Assembly: GCA_951406725.2 (NCBI GenBank)
Contig: OX597827.1
Coordinates: 47,554,001 to 47,618,000, forward strand
DNA from: Octopus vulgaris
Lineage: Eukaryota
Direction of reading: 5' to 3'
DNA: 64,000 nucleotides
Of this stretch, positions 41,606 to 59,122 are shown piece after piece; position 1 is the stretch's first letter; each line of letters starts with the position of its first letter. The notes beneath the pieces were generated by a model. It searched no databases and was not told the origin of the DNA. It saw only the letters and a list, made by a program, of their open reading frames with translations. The position numbers and the translations under genes were made by a program.

Positions 41606-43020
41606 ATGGACTATGAGTCTCTAACAGACTTGTCCACGACAGATGAGGAACTGGAACAGGCAATTGCAATGAAGCTGATGGAAGAAAAGGCTGGAGTTTT
41701 CGAGTCTTTATCAGACCTGTCTACGTCTGAGAAGGAGCTAGAAATGGCAGCAAGGAATTTGGAAGAGAAGCTGGGTTATACCTATGCCGGTGTAACCAAG
41801 AAGGCGGAAGAGAAAGGGGTCGACATGGCCAAGTTGCCAAGTTACCAGAAATACATGAAAAAGGAAAGTGGTGAGGTGGAACTATCACCGACACCCAGGA
41901 GAAAAGAATGGTATGATAAGAGGACGATTAGTTACAGGGTGTTCGCAAACGAAAGGAAGAGGGTAGAAGTTGTAACCATGGAATGGATAGAGGAAGCCCT
42001 GCGAAGAACTGAGGAGGAAATAAATTTTCTGACTCGAGGATCCAAGTACGGTACCGTAGTTGTGCATTTCAAAACTGAGTCTGCAGCGAGGAAGATGGCG
42101 GCGAAGGCGGTGAAGTCAGAAAAGGTAACCCTATTACCTACGTATTTAAACAGGAGGATTACACGAATAAGGGTGGAGGGAGTGCCACCAAACGTGGAGG
42201 CAGAATGGATTGTGGCGGCTGTGATCGGCGGCCGCGAGGACGAGGTGGATATTCTCCATGCCTCGGTTGGGTCCGAGGGCTGGAGAGGAGTAACAGTGGA
42301 GCTGAACGTACAGGCAGAGACCGAGGTACTGGTGGACCTGACGGAAAGCATCAGACTGGGAGACGTGATCATGAGAGTGTGGGTGGAGGGCAGGGCTCCA
42401 CGCTGTTACAAGTGTGGCCTGAGGGGTCACATAAGAGCCTTCTGCCCTCCCCCAGGGAAAGAAACGGATTCCGAACCAGAGAGAGAGAAGCAGAAACCAG
42501 AGGAGAAGGAAACAGAGGAAGAGAATACACAGAAATGGAAGGAAGCTGGAAGTAAGAGGAAGAGAAGAATTCATGGAAAAGAAAATAATATGGAACTTCA
42601 ATCTACCCCAAAACCACCCACACCCTCTGAGTCCCACCCTATCCATGCAGACATTGAACCCACCCGCTCCCCCCCAACAAGAAAACAAAAGAAAAAAAGA
42701 ATACACACACACAAGAGATTGAAATCGAACCCAGGCCGTACATTTGTACTATGACTGAACAGAGGGAAGTTAAAAGTCTAATGGAAGAGTATAAATGGTA
42801 TGATGTTGGAGAGACTAGGTATGCTGTGATTGAAAAGAAGAACATAGGTGAGTTTATGGGGAGGTGTGAAAGGGAGAATTGGGAGGTGAAAGATATAAGA
42901 ATGAGCGATGAATTCGTGGAAAATATGAATGAGTATTTCGGAGTAAGAATGGATATGGAATTTATTCGTATTGGCAAAGAACATTCAAGTGACTATGAAA
43001 AACAAAGGACAGGTAAGTGA
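41606..43020 (+). CDS. LINE ORF1/gag-like protein, copy 1 (~471 aa if one A-run frameshift near 42690-42710 is corrected)
   Basis: RRM-like segments (GTVVVHFKTESAA; RIRVEGVPP), CCHC knuckle CYKCGLRGHIRAFC at 42404-42445, basic KRKRR; C-terminus is in frame in copy 2. Confidence 0.8.
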
Positions 43021-43369
43021 TGCTGACGGACGGGGCCGTTGGTATCGCTTTCATTTTATCATTTTTTTCGTTTAACAATTCATGTTCATATAGTTTAATT
43101 ATAATGTTCTATGTCCCCATGTCTTTTGCTGTCCCCCTCTGTGTCGCCCCTTAGTGGGTAATAAAAAAAAAAAAAAAATAAAATAAAAAAAAAAATAAGG
43201 CTGTATAATGGAAGGTTTCTTATGAGAGATAACGGTAAAAAAGAACAAAAAGCGTTGTTGTTGTTGTGGAAATTCTGAACGGCGTTGACGCGGTTTCGCG
43301 TTTCGCTCGTTCAGCGCGTTACACTTTTTCTGTTTTGGAGGCCGTTCTCGGTCTGTCAGACAGAAGGAG

Positions 43370-44792
43370 ATGGACTATGAGTCTCTAACAGACTTGTCCA
43401 CGACAGATGAGGAACTGGAACAGGCAATTGCAATGAAGCTGATGGAAGAAAAGGCTGGAGTTTTCGAGTCTTTATCAGACCTGTCTACGTCTGAGAAGGA
43501 GCTAGAAATGGCAGCAAGGAATTTGGAAGAGAAGCTGGGTTATACCTATGCCGGTGTAACCAAGAAGGCGGAAGAGAAAGGGGTCGACATGGCCAAGTTG
43601 CCAAGTTACCAGAAATACATGAAAAAGGAAAGTGGTGAGGTGGAACTATCACCGACACCCAGGAGAAAAGAATGGTATGATAAGAGGACCGATTAGTTAC
43701 AGGGTGTTCGCAAACGAAAGGAAGAGGGTAGAAGTTGTAACCATGGAATGGATAGAGGAAGCCCTGCGAAGAACTGAGGAGGAAATAAATTTTCTGACTC
43801 GAGGATCCAAGTACGGGTACCGTAGTTGTGCACTTTCAAAACTGAAGTCTGCAGCGAGGAAGATGGCGGCGAAGGCGGTGAAGTCAGAAAAGGTAACCCT
43901 ATTACCTACGTATTTAAACAGGAGGATTACACGAATAAGGGTGGAGGGAGTGCCACCAAACGTGGAGGCAGAATGGATTGTGGCGGCTGTGATCAGCGGC
44001 CACGAGGACGAAGTGGATATTCTCCATGCCTCGGTTAAGTCCGAGGGCTGGAGAGGCGTAACAGTGGAGCTGAACCCCCAGGCAGAGACCGAGGTACTGG
44101 TGGACCTGACGGAAAGCATCAGACTGGGAGATGTGATCATGAGAGTGTGGGTGGAGGGCAGGGCTCCACGTTGTTACAAGTGTGGCCTGAGGGGTCACAT
44201 AAGAGCCTTCTGCCCTCCCCCAGGGAAAGAAACGGATTCCGAACCAGAGAGAGAGAAGCAGAAACCAGAGGAGAAGGAAACAGAGGAAGAGAATACACAG
44301 AAATGGAAGGAAGCTGGAAGTAAGAGGAAGAGAAGAATTCGTGGAAAAAAAGAAAATAATATGGAACTCCAATCTACCCCAAAACCACCCACACCCTCTG
44401 AGTCCCACCCTATCCATGCAGACATTGAACCCACCCGCTCCCCCCCAACAAGAAAACAAAAGAAAAAAAAGAATACACACACACAAGAGATTGAAATCGA
44501 ACCCAGGCCGTACATTTGTACTATGACTGAACAGAAAGAAGTTAAAAGTCTAATGGAAGAGTATAAATGGTATGATGTTGGAGAGACTAGGTATGCTGTG
44601 ATTGAAAAGAAGAACATAGGTGAGTTTATGGGGAGGTGTGAAAGGGAGAATTGGGAGGTGAAAGATATAAGAATGAGCGATGAATTCGTGGAAAATATGA
44701 ATGAGTATTTCGGAGTAAGAATGGATATGGAATTTATTCGTATTGGCAAAGAACATTCAAGTGACTATGAAAAACAAAGGACAGGTAAGTGA
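43370..44792 (+). CDS. ORF1/gag-like protein, copy 2 (frameshift near 43690, compensating indels 43815-43845)
   Basis: Same protein; reads continuously through the knuckle to ..KQRTGK*. Confidence 0.75.
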
Positions 44793-45127
44793 TGCTGACG
44801 GACGGGGCCGTTGGTATCGCTTTCATTTTATCATTTTTTCGTTTAACAATTCATGTTCATATAGTTTAATTATAATGTTCTATGTCCCCATGTCTTTTGC
44901 TGTCCCCCTCTGTGTCGCCCCTTAGTGGGTAATAAAAAATCAGAAATATGTGCAAGGCTGTATAATGGAAGGTTTCTTATGAGAGATAACGGTAAAAAAG
45001 AACAAAAAGCGTTGTTGTTGTTGTGGAAATTCTGAACGGCGTTGATGCGGTTTCGCGTTTCGCTCGTTCTGCGCGTTAAACTTTTTTCTGTTTTGGCGGC
45101 CGTTTTCGGTCTGTCAGACAGAAGGAA

Positions 45128-46559
45128 ATGGACTATGAGTCTCTAACAGACTTGTCCACGACAGATGAGGAACTGGAACAGGCAATTACAATGAAGCTGA
45201 TGGAAGAAAAGGCTGGAGGTTTCGAGTCTTTATCAGACTTGTCTACGTCTGAGAAGGAGCTAGAAATGGCAGCAAAGGAAATTGGACGAGAAGCTGGGAT
45301 ATACCTATGCCGGTGTAACCAAGAAGGCGGAAGAGAAAGGGGTCGACTTGGCCAAGCTACCAAGTTACCAGAAATACATGAAAAAGGAAAGCGGTGAGGT
45401 GGAACTATCACCGACACCCAGGAGAAAAGAATGGTATGATAAGAGGACCATTATTTACAGGGTGTTCGCAAACGAAAGGAAGAGGGTAGAAGTTGTAACC
45501 ATGGAATGGATAGAGGAAGCCCTGAGAAGAACTGAGGAGGAAATTTATTTTCTGACTCGAGGATCCAAGTACGGCACAGTAGTTGTGCATTTTAAAAGTG
45601 AGTCTGCAGCGAGGAAGATGGCGGCGAAGGCGGTGAAGTCAGAAAAGGTAACACTGTTACCTACGTATTTAAACAGAAGGATTACACGAATAAGGGTGGA
45701 GGGAGTGCCTCCAAACGTGGAGGCAGAAGTGGATTGTGGCGGCTGTGATCAGCGGCCACGAGGACGAAGTGGATATTCTCCATGCCTCGGTTAAGTCCGA
45801 GGGCTGGAGAGGCGTAACAGTGGAGCTGAACGTACAGGCGGAGAACGAGGTACTGGTGGATCTTGCGGAAAGCATCAGACTGGGAGACGTGATCATGAGA
45901 GTGTGGGTGGAGGGCCGGGCTCCACGTTGTTACAAGTGTGGCCTGAGGGGTCACATAAGAGCCTTCTGCCCTCCCCCAGGGAAAGAAATGGATTCCGAAC
46001 CACAGAGAGAGAAGCAGAAACCAGAGGAGAAGCAGAAACGAGTAGAAGAGGAAGAGAATACATAGAAATGGAAGGAAGTTGGAAATAAGAGGAAGAGAAG
46101 AATGCGAGAAAAAAAAGAAAATAACATGGAACACCAATCTACCCCAAAACCACCCACAGCCTTTGAGTCCCACCCTATCCATGCAGACATTGAACCCACC
46201 CGCTCCCCCCAACAAGAAAACAAAAGAAAAAAAAAGAATACACACACAGACAAGAGATTGAATTCGATATCAGGCCGTACATTTGTACTATGACTGAACA
46301 GAAAGAAGTTAAAAGTCTAATGGAAGAGTATAAATGGTATGAAGTTGGTGAGACTAGGTATGCTGTGATTGAAAAGAAGAACATAGGTGAGTTTATGGTG
46401 ATGTGTGAAAGGGAGAATTGGGAGGTGAAAGATATAAGAATGAGCGATGAATTCGTGGAAAATATGGATGAGTATTTCGGAGTAAGAATGGATATGGAAT
46501 TTATTCGTATTGGCAAAGAACATTCAAGGGACGATGAAAAACAAAGGACAGGTAAGTGA
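45128..46559 (+). pseudogene. ORF1/gag-like protein, copy 3 (several frameshifts or stops)
   Basis: Fragments 45128-45397, 45282-45794, 45736-46065, 46290-46559. Confidence 0.75.
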
Positions 46560-46914
46560 TGCTGGCGGATGGGGCCGTCGGTATCGCTTTCATAATATCA
46601 TTTTCTTTCACCTAACAATTCATTTTTCATAAATTTTAATTATAAATGTTCTATGTCCCCATGTCTTTTGCTGTCCACCTCTGTGTCGCCCCTAGTGGGT
46701 AATAAAGAAATTTAAAAGTGTTAGCTACAGAAATATGTGCAAGGCTGTATAATGGAAGGTTTCTTATGAGAGATAACGGTAAAAAAGAACAAAAAGCGTT
46801 GTTGTTGTTGTGGAAATTCTGAACGGCGTTGATGCGGTTTCGCGTTTCGCTCGTTCTGCGCGTTAAACTTTTTTCTGTTTTGGCGGCCGTTTTCGGTCTG
46901 TCAGACAGAAGGAA

Positions 46915-48325
46915 ATGGACTATGAGTCTCTAACAGACTTGTCCACGACAGATGAGGAACTGGAACAGGCAATTACAATGAAGCTGATGGAAGAAAAGGC
47001 TGGAGGTTTCGAGTCTTTATCAGACTTGTCTACGTCTGAGAAGGAGCTAGAAATGGCAGCAAGGAAATTGGACGAGAAGCTGGGATATACCTACGCCGGT
47101 GTAACCAAGAAGGCGGAAGAGAAAGGGGTCGACTTGGCCAAGCTACCAAGTTACCAGAAATACATGAAAAAGGAAAGCGGTGAGGTGGAACTATCACCGA
47201 CACCCAGGAGAAAAGAATGGTATGATAAGAGGACCATTATTTACAGGGTGTTCGCAAACGAAAGGAAGAGGGTAGAAGTTGTAACCATGGAATGGATAGA
47301 GGAAGCCCTGAGAAGAACTGAGGAGGAAATTTATTTTCTGACTCGAGGATCCAAGTACGGCACAGTAGTTGTGCATTTTAAAAGTGAGTCTGCAGCGAGG
47401 AAGATGGCGGTGAAGTCAGAAAAGGTAACACTGTTACCTACGTATTTAAACAGAAGGATTACACGAATAAGGGTGGAGGGAGTGCCACCAAACGTGGAGG
47501 CAGAGTGGATTGTGGCGGCTGTGATCAGCGGCCACGAGGACGAAGTGGATATTCTCCATGCCTCGGTTAAGTCCGAGGGCTGGAGAGGCGTAACAGTGGA
47601 GCTGAACGTACAGGCGGAGAACGAGGTACTGGTGGACCTGGCGGAAAGCATCAGATTGGGAGACGTGATCATGAGAGTGTGGGTGGAGGGCAGAGCTCCA
47701 CGTTGTTACAAGTGTGGCCTGAGGGGTCACATAAGAGCCTTCTGCCCTCCCCCATGGAAAGAAATGGATTCCGAACCAGAGAGAGAGAAGCAGAAACCAG
47801 AGGAGAAGGAGACAGTAGAAGAGGAAGAGAATACACAGAAATGGAAGGAAGTTGGAAATAAGAGGAAGAGAAGAATGCGAGGAAAAGAAAATAACATGGA
47901 ACACCAATCTACCCCAAAACCACCCACACCCTCTGAGTCCCACCCTATCCATGCAGACATTGAACCCACCCGCTCCCCCCAACAAGAAAAAAAAAGAAAA
48001 AAAGAATACACACAGACAAGAGATTGAATTCGATATCAGGCCGTACATTTGTACTATGACTGAACAGAAAGAAGTTAAAAGTCTAATGGAAGAGTATAAA
48101 TGGTATGAAGTTGGTGAGACTAGGTATGCTGTGATTGAAAAGAAGAACATAGATGAGTTTGTGGTGAGGTGTGAAAGGGAGAATTGGGAGGTGAAAGATA
48201 TAAGAATGAGCGATGAATTCGTGGAAAATATGGATGAGTATTTCGGAGTAAGAATGGATATGGAATTTATTCGTATTGGCAAAGAACATTCAAGGGACGA
48301 TGAAAAACAAAGGACAGGTAAGTGA
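46915..48325 (+). CDS. ORF1/gag-like protein, copy 4 (one frameshift in the A-run near 47990-48010; 3-codon deletion)
   Basis: 370-aa ORF plus C-terminal part in another frame. Confidence 0.78.
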
Positions 48326-48913
48326 TGCTGACGGATGGGGCCGTTGGTATCGCTTTCATAATATCATTTTCTTTCACTTAACAATTCATTTTTCATAAAT
48401 TTTAATTATAATGTTCTATGTCCCCATGTCTTTTGGTGTCCACCTCTGTGTCGCCCCTAGTGGGTAATAAAGAAATAAATGCCAGACAGGAAACTGAATA
48501 TTATTAAAGAATATAATCGAAGATAGAGATCCACGAACAGCATTGTGCATTACTCCATTAATAAATGGGAGTCTAGAATATCCAACCAAGAGCTTACATA
48601 CAATAATCTTCAAATATTTTATCTCACAGTTTTAGGAAGCTGCACTCGCTTTACAGCGTTCCACATTAATATGATATCACTCTACAGTGTGAAGCAGAAG
48701 AGAGAAACGAAAGATGCGTGGAGATAAATGATAATTAAGGTTTAATGTAGTAGGTAAATGTGAAGGCGGTTAATCGCCCATTTAAGTGCATATGTACCAT
48801 GATTACGAGGTTTGTATCTGAAGCGATGTGTGTGCAAATACAGAGATAGGGAACATTATATATATATTGATGAATGAATATTTAACTGGGTTGGAGTTCT
48901 GGAGATGAATATA

Positions 48914-49304
48914 TCTCTATATATATAAAGCTCAAGTTGTCTGTGTATGCCAGGTTTGGTAGCCTTCAACTAACACTATCTCCTCCGAAACCCTGCAGAG
49001 CAAGTTGACCAAAATTGAGAGTATGATAGAAGAGGGTTTTCTCTTCCTTCCGTAGAAGAACAATTTCAAATCGGACCATGTTAACACCAAAAATTATTTA
49101 CATAAATAAGGTACTTTTTACTGTGAAAATCCCTATCTTTCACGATTTTTTGACTGCTGTATCACCAGTTTTCGGTGTATTTCAACCGGAAAAAGGTTCA
49201 CTTAAAGAGAATAAGAAGCTACATAATGCAAAAGTTTTACTTTTCAAAAATTCTAATTGTAAAGGGTCGAAACAAACCCGAGCAACCCCGGGTGATATTG
49301 CTAG
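48914..49304 (+). mobile_element. Non-autonomous Helitron
   Basis: 5' TCTCTATATATATAAAG, subterminal hairpin cccgagcaaccccggg, 3' CTAG, inserted between A and T with no TSD. Confidence 0.85.
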
Positions 49305-49434
49305 TTACAAAATAAAATAATATGAATATATTATCATGATAACGACCGGGCAATTGTCTGCTTTACCAATATGATATAAAGGTGTATGGACATATGGGTA
49401 TATGTATATGTTTGTATGTATGTATGTATGTATG

Positions 49435-49487
<53 letters not shown>

Positions 49488-50707
49488 CTCGATGTCTGGA
49501 GTGAACGTCTTAGAATCTGTTAACGGATTTCATTAAACTAGTGATATTCAACAATATCACTTGGCTAGTATTTCCCGCAAAATTAATGATCAAGAGAATT
49601 CTAATGTTGGTAGAATTTACAGATAACTCCCTTTACAATATCAAGTCAGATGTTAAAAATCATAACGATAGAGGCATTAAGATAAATACTAAATAATACA
49701 AAAGTATTAAATTCATCAACCCAGTTGTGTCCTCTGCAATGAATGTGATAATCAAGAGTTTTATCCAACATGCGAGTAAACCAGAATGGGTGATATTTAC
49801 TGGTAGCTTGAAACTCACATCACATTCTAGTGTCTCATAAGAAGCAAAATAAAACTTTCCGCTGAAGACGTAGGACAGAATGGTTACAATTGCAATGATT
49901 TTGATCACAATTCCTTCGAGTTAGATCTGATTCTGGGGGGCTAGCTTCGTCATTAACTAGTTATTTTTCCAAATCAAGAAAAGAATCATAGGTTGATATC
50001 CTTTATATAACATAAATGTGTATTTTACCAGTTTTTCAATGTGTACTAACAGAAAATGTGAGCTCTGTTATTACGTTTCAAGTTAGATCGCATACTGCAT
50101 CATTTACTTGTAACCTACCATTAGGTATGAACAAAAACGTGTTCAAATTGCAAGACAGATTGAAATAAAATTTAATACTCCTTTTAATTTGGTATGTAAG
50201 TATCTATTTTAAGTGAAGAGCAATTTTATAGGTTAAGACAAATTGTGACGTTCTTCCTTCTCTGTAGAATAAACATCAATAATTTCGTTACTTAAAATTT
50301 TTAAATAGCATGTTATAATACTTTTTTTTTCATACTTTGGAAAAAAATACTTGTGTACAAAGTATAATGATCTGACATTATATATAGAAACCCATAAATG
50401 TATTTTAGCACGATTTTAAATTAAATTTACAACGAATGGTCTTATTTGGAATTCAACAATTAACCCTTTAGAACGCCTTTATTTTTAAGTTCGAGCATGT
50501 CATTCAGATCGGAAATATGCGTAAAAAATTCAGCTGTTTCGAACGCAGTTTTTATCTTTTATTAATATCTTTCAAAAATGGTATCGAGTAATAATTTTCG
50601 TTTATTCATATATTTTATTAAAAGGATGAGCGTTTACGAATGAAATTTTTTTGAAGAGTTGCAGCATGTAGTATGGTAGAAAGGCCAACGGAGCTGAGCA
50701 TTTAGGC

Positions 50708-50864
50708 CAGGGTCCTCAAGCGTTGTAGACTATCGACACTTTCATGGAATTCTTGACCCCTCACCGGCCCCCAGGCATGTACAAGAAAATAAATCTGTAA
50801 TAATAAGTAGGCGCGCATTTATCGATCCCTTGAATAGTCCCATCGACCACTTTGGAGACCCCTG
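50708..50864. mobile_element. Probable hAT (Charlie-like) MITE
   Basis: Ends cagggtcctcaa / ttggagacccctg; flanks atttaggc / acttagat only partly match as an 8-bp TSD. Confidence 0.5.
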
Positions 50865-50945
50865 ACTTAGATGATCAAATGAGTTAAATTATAAATTTTG
50901 CATTGAAAATCGCTAAATATAAGAATCGCAGTTACAAATGGAGGT

Positions 50946-51481
50946 TTGGGTTGTCCGGAAAGTTCGTGCCGATTTATAGTAGCTTACCTTTCGACTTATT
51001 TTAGAACATGGTTGAGTCCATAAAACAGGATTTGACTGCACTTCCATTTAGAGCAATGTTTAAGCTATCTTTTCGTGGAAGGAGGTTTATGTTCCTATAA
51101 CCTGTGTTAATTTTGTAATCCTTTAAAATGGAAGATAAGAAAGTTCATTTGCGGCAATTGCTGTTTTGGGAACCAGACAAAAATTGCTGCAGCTCGGCTG
51201 GAATGTGTTACTCCACCCTCCATATTTACCAGATATTGCTCCTTCGGGTTTCCACTTATTCAGGTCTCTGCAGAGTAGTCTTAATGGTAATAATTTCAAT
51301 TCCTTGGATGACGTAAAAAGATACCTAGATGAATTCTTTGCCCTGAAACCACCTCATTTCTGAGAAGATAGTATTTTCAAATTAAAGGATAGATGGAGAC
51401 GCATTGTGCAACAAAATGGTTCATATTTATCGACCTTTTTCTTTCCTTTAAAAAGTGGCACGAACTTTCCGGAAAACCCAA
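50946..51481 (+). mobile_element. Internally deleted mariner
   Basis: TIRs ttgggttgtccggaaagttcgtgcc / ggcacgaactttccggaaaacccaa; MEDKKVHLR start joined to LGWNVLLHPPYLPDIAPSGFHLFRSLQ. Confidence 0.88.
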
Positions 51482-51734
51482 TCATTTGATATCTTTTGGG
51501 CGGTAAATATATGAAGATAAGTCATAGATCTTCCAGATATTTCATTTCTGAAATATCTTAACAGTGTCGGTGTACGGCAACAAAACTATACTAGAGCTGG
51601 ATGAATGCCACGGATGAATATGTAGAAAACAATAAATTTGATGAATTTATAGCAAACATTAATAAAATAGAGATAAGATTTTGAATATTCTAATATCTTG
51701 CAATGAACGGGATTATGTTTGAAACTTTCCGGAT

Positions 51735-52168
51735 GGATCTTTTCGGTTTGAACGGCAGTTTTTAACATAATTTCTAGGTAACTAAAACATGTTAAACCTC
51801 GTATACTGGTAGAATGTGTTTATAAAACATCTTTTTCTCATGGCTTTTTTTGAAAAAATTCTATAGTTAGTAAGATATTTTTTGTTTTTTTCTTCAATTT
51901 CTTCAATTTTAACCAATCAATTTCGTCTATTGAAGTAAAAAACATTCTGTGCCGTATGAATATGTCCCTTGTTTAAGAAACAGATTGTGTTTATTTACAT
52001 TTCTGAAGAAAAAGATACCCTTCCCCATCCTCTAACCCTAACTAACCCTAATTAACCCTAACCCTAAAACAGATTGAAATGCAATAGATCGATACTAGTT
52101 TCATAATTATGGGTGACAATTTCATTTGACACCGCTAGAAAAAACTGCTGTTCAAATCGAAAAGATCC
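51735..52168. mobile_element. Merlin-type MITE flanked by a ~65-bp direct repeat
   Basis: TIRs ggatcttttcggtttgaacggcagttttt / aaaaactgctgttcaaatcgaaaagatcc; shares cgtatactggtagaatgtgt with 59274-60357. Confidence 0.75.
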
Positions 52169-53146
52169 GGGATAAGATTTTGAATATTCTAATATCTTGT
52201 AATGACTGTGATTATGTTTGAAAATTTCCAGATCTCTTCTCACAAAGAAGTGCCGGAAAATCTTTCGAAAGTTTCGAAAGAATATTTATGTTGAAACTAT
52301 TTTCACATGAAACAGTTTTCTGTGAAGTCTAGTATTTTCCCTGTTGAGTTTTTCGAATAAAATTAATTATCGAAATATATATATATTATTTATTGGAAAT
52401 CTTACATAGTTTGAACAACTGCGTAAACGCACGTGACTGGATGTCAATATCCGTCTTAAATTTCTATTATTAATAATTGGAATTTAGTATTCTATTTGCA
52501 GATTCACCTCAAACTTAATTTAACGTAATATTTATCAAAACTCTTACAATATTTGTATATTCAGGAAACATTTATCTGTGAAATTAAAGAAAGGTTTACC
52601 GATAATTCTTCACACCTTCAAGCTAAAGGCTTCTTTAAATCAAATATGACTTTTTTCTGCTTCTTCATGCTTGGTGAATGATACTAAATTAATTTATAAA
52701 GATAAGACAATTTATAAAGGTAAGTTGTGTGAATCGCTGGTGTGTCGCACAAAAAGTTTCAGCGGAATTCCGACTCTATACGTTTTGAGTTCAAATTTCA
52801 CCGAGGTCTGTTTTGATCCTTCATCCCTTCGAGATCAATAAAATAAGTATAAAATCTTTGGTGGATGTAATTGATTACCCACACTCCAAATTTCCTGGAC
52901 GTGTACCAAATTTAAAACCATTTCAGTTTATGCAGTAATTTTATTCTTCACATCTCGCTGGTTTCACACTTATTCATAATAAGGAGCCGCGTTCAAAATA
53001 TTATCTATCGGAGGCGAAACACTCTGGAAGACTATAAGATTTTTCTCGAAATTATTTCTAAAGTCAGCTAAGTAGTTTGAAGCAAAATATATATCCCTAT
53101 TCACTTTTTTATTTAGCTCGCTCATTGATGAATATTAAGTATTTTA

Positions 53147-59120
<5,974 letters not shown>

Positions 59121-59122
<2 letters not shown>

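Larger units (their letters stand above)
41406..48478 (+). mobile_element. Tandem array of four ORF1-only (gag-like) non-autonomous retro-units
   Basis: Units 41406-43196, 43197-44940, 44941-46713, 46714-48478; each has leader, (GTT)4, CpG-rich 5' UTR, ORF, AT-rich 3' UTR, conserved tail and A-rich end. Confidence 0.9.

Noticed and set aside
41885-48289. Antisense ORFs inside the array (e.g. 47446-48282, 278 aa)
   Set aside because: Shadows of the purine-rich sense ORF; lengths vary between copies
41406-48478. Reading the array as an LTR retrotransposon gag or a retrovirus
   Set aside because: No LTRs, PBS, protease or pol; A-tailed ends and RRM+CCHC layout fit non-LTR ORF1
49660-49908. Hydrophobic 82-aa ORF resembling a signal peptide
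   Set aside because: GTG start, AT-rich chance composition, no splice or homology support
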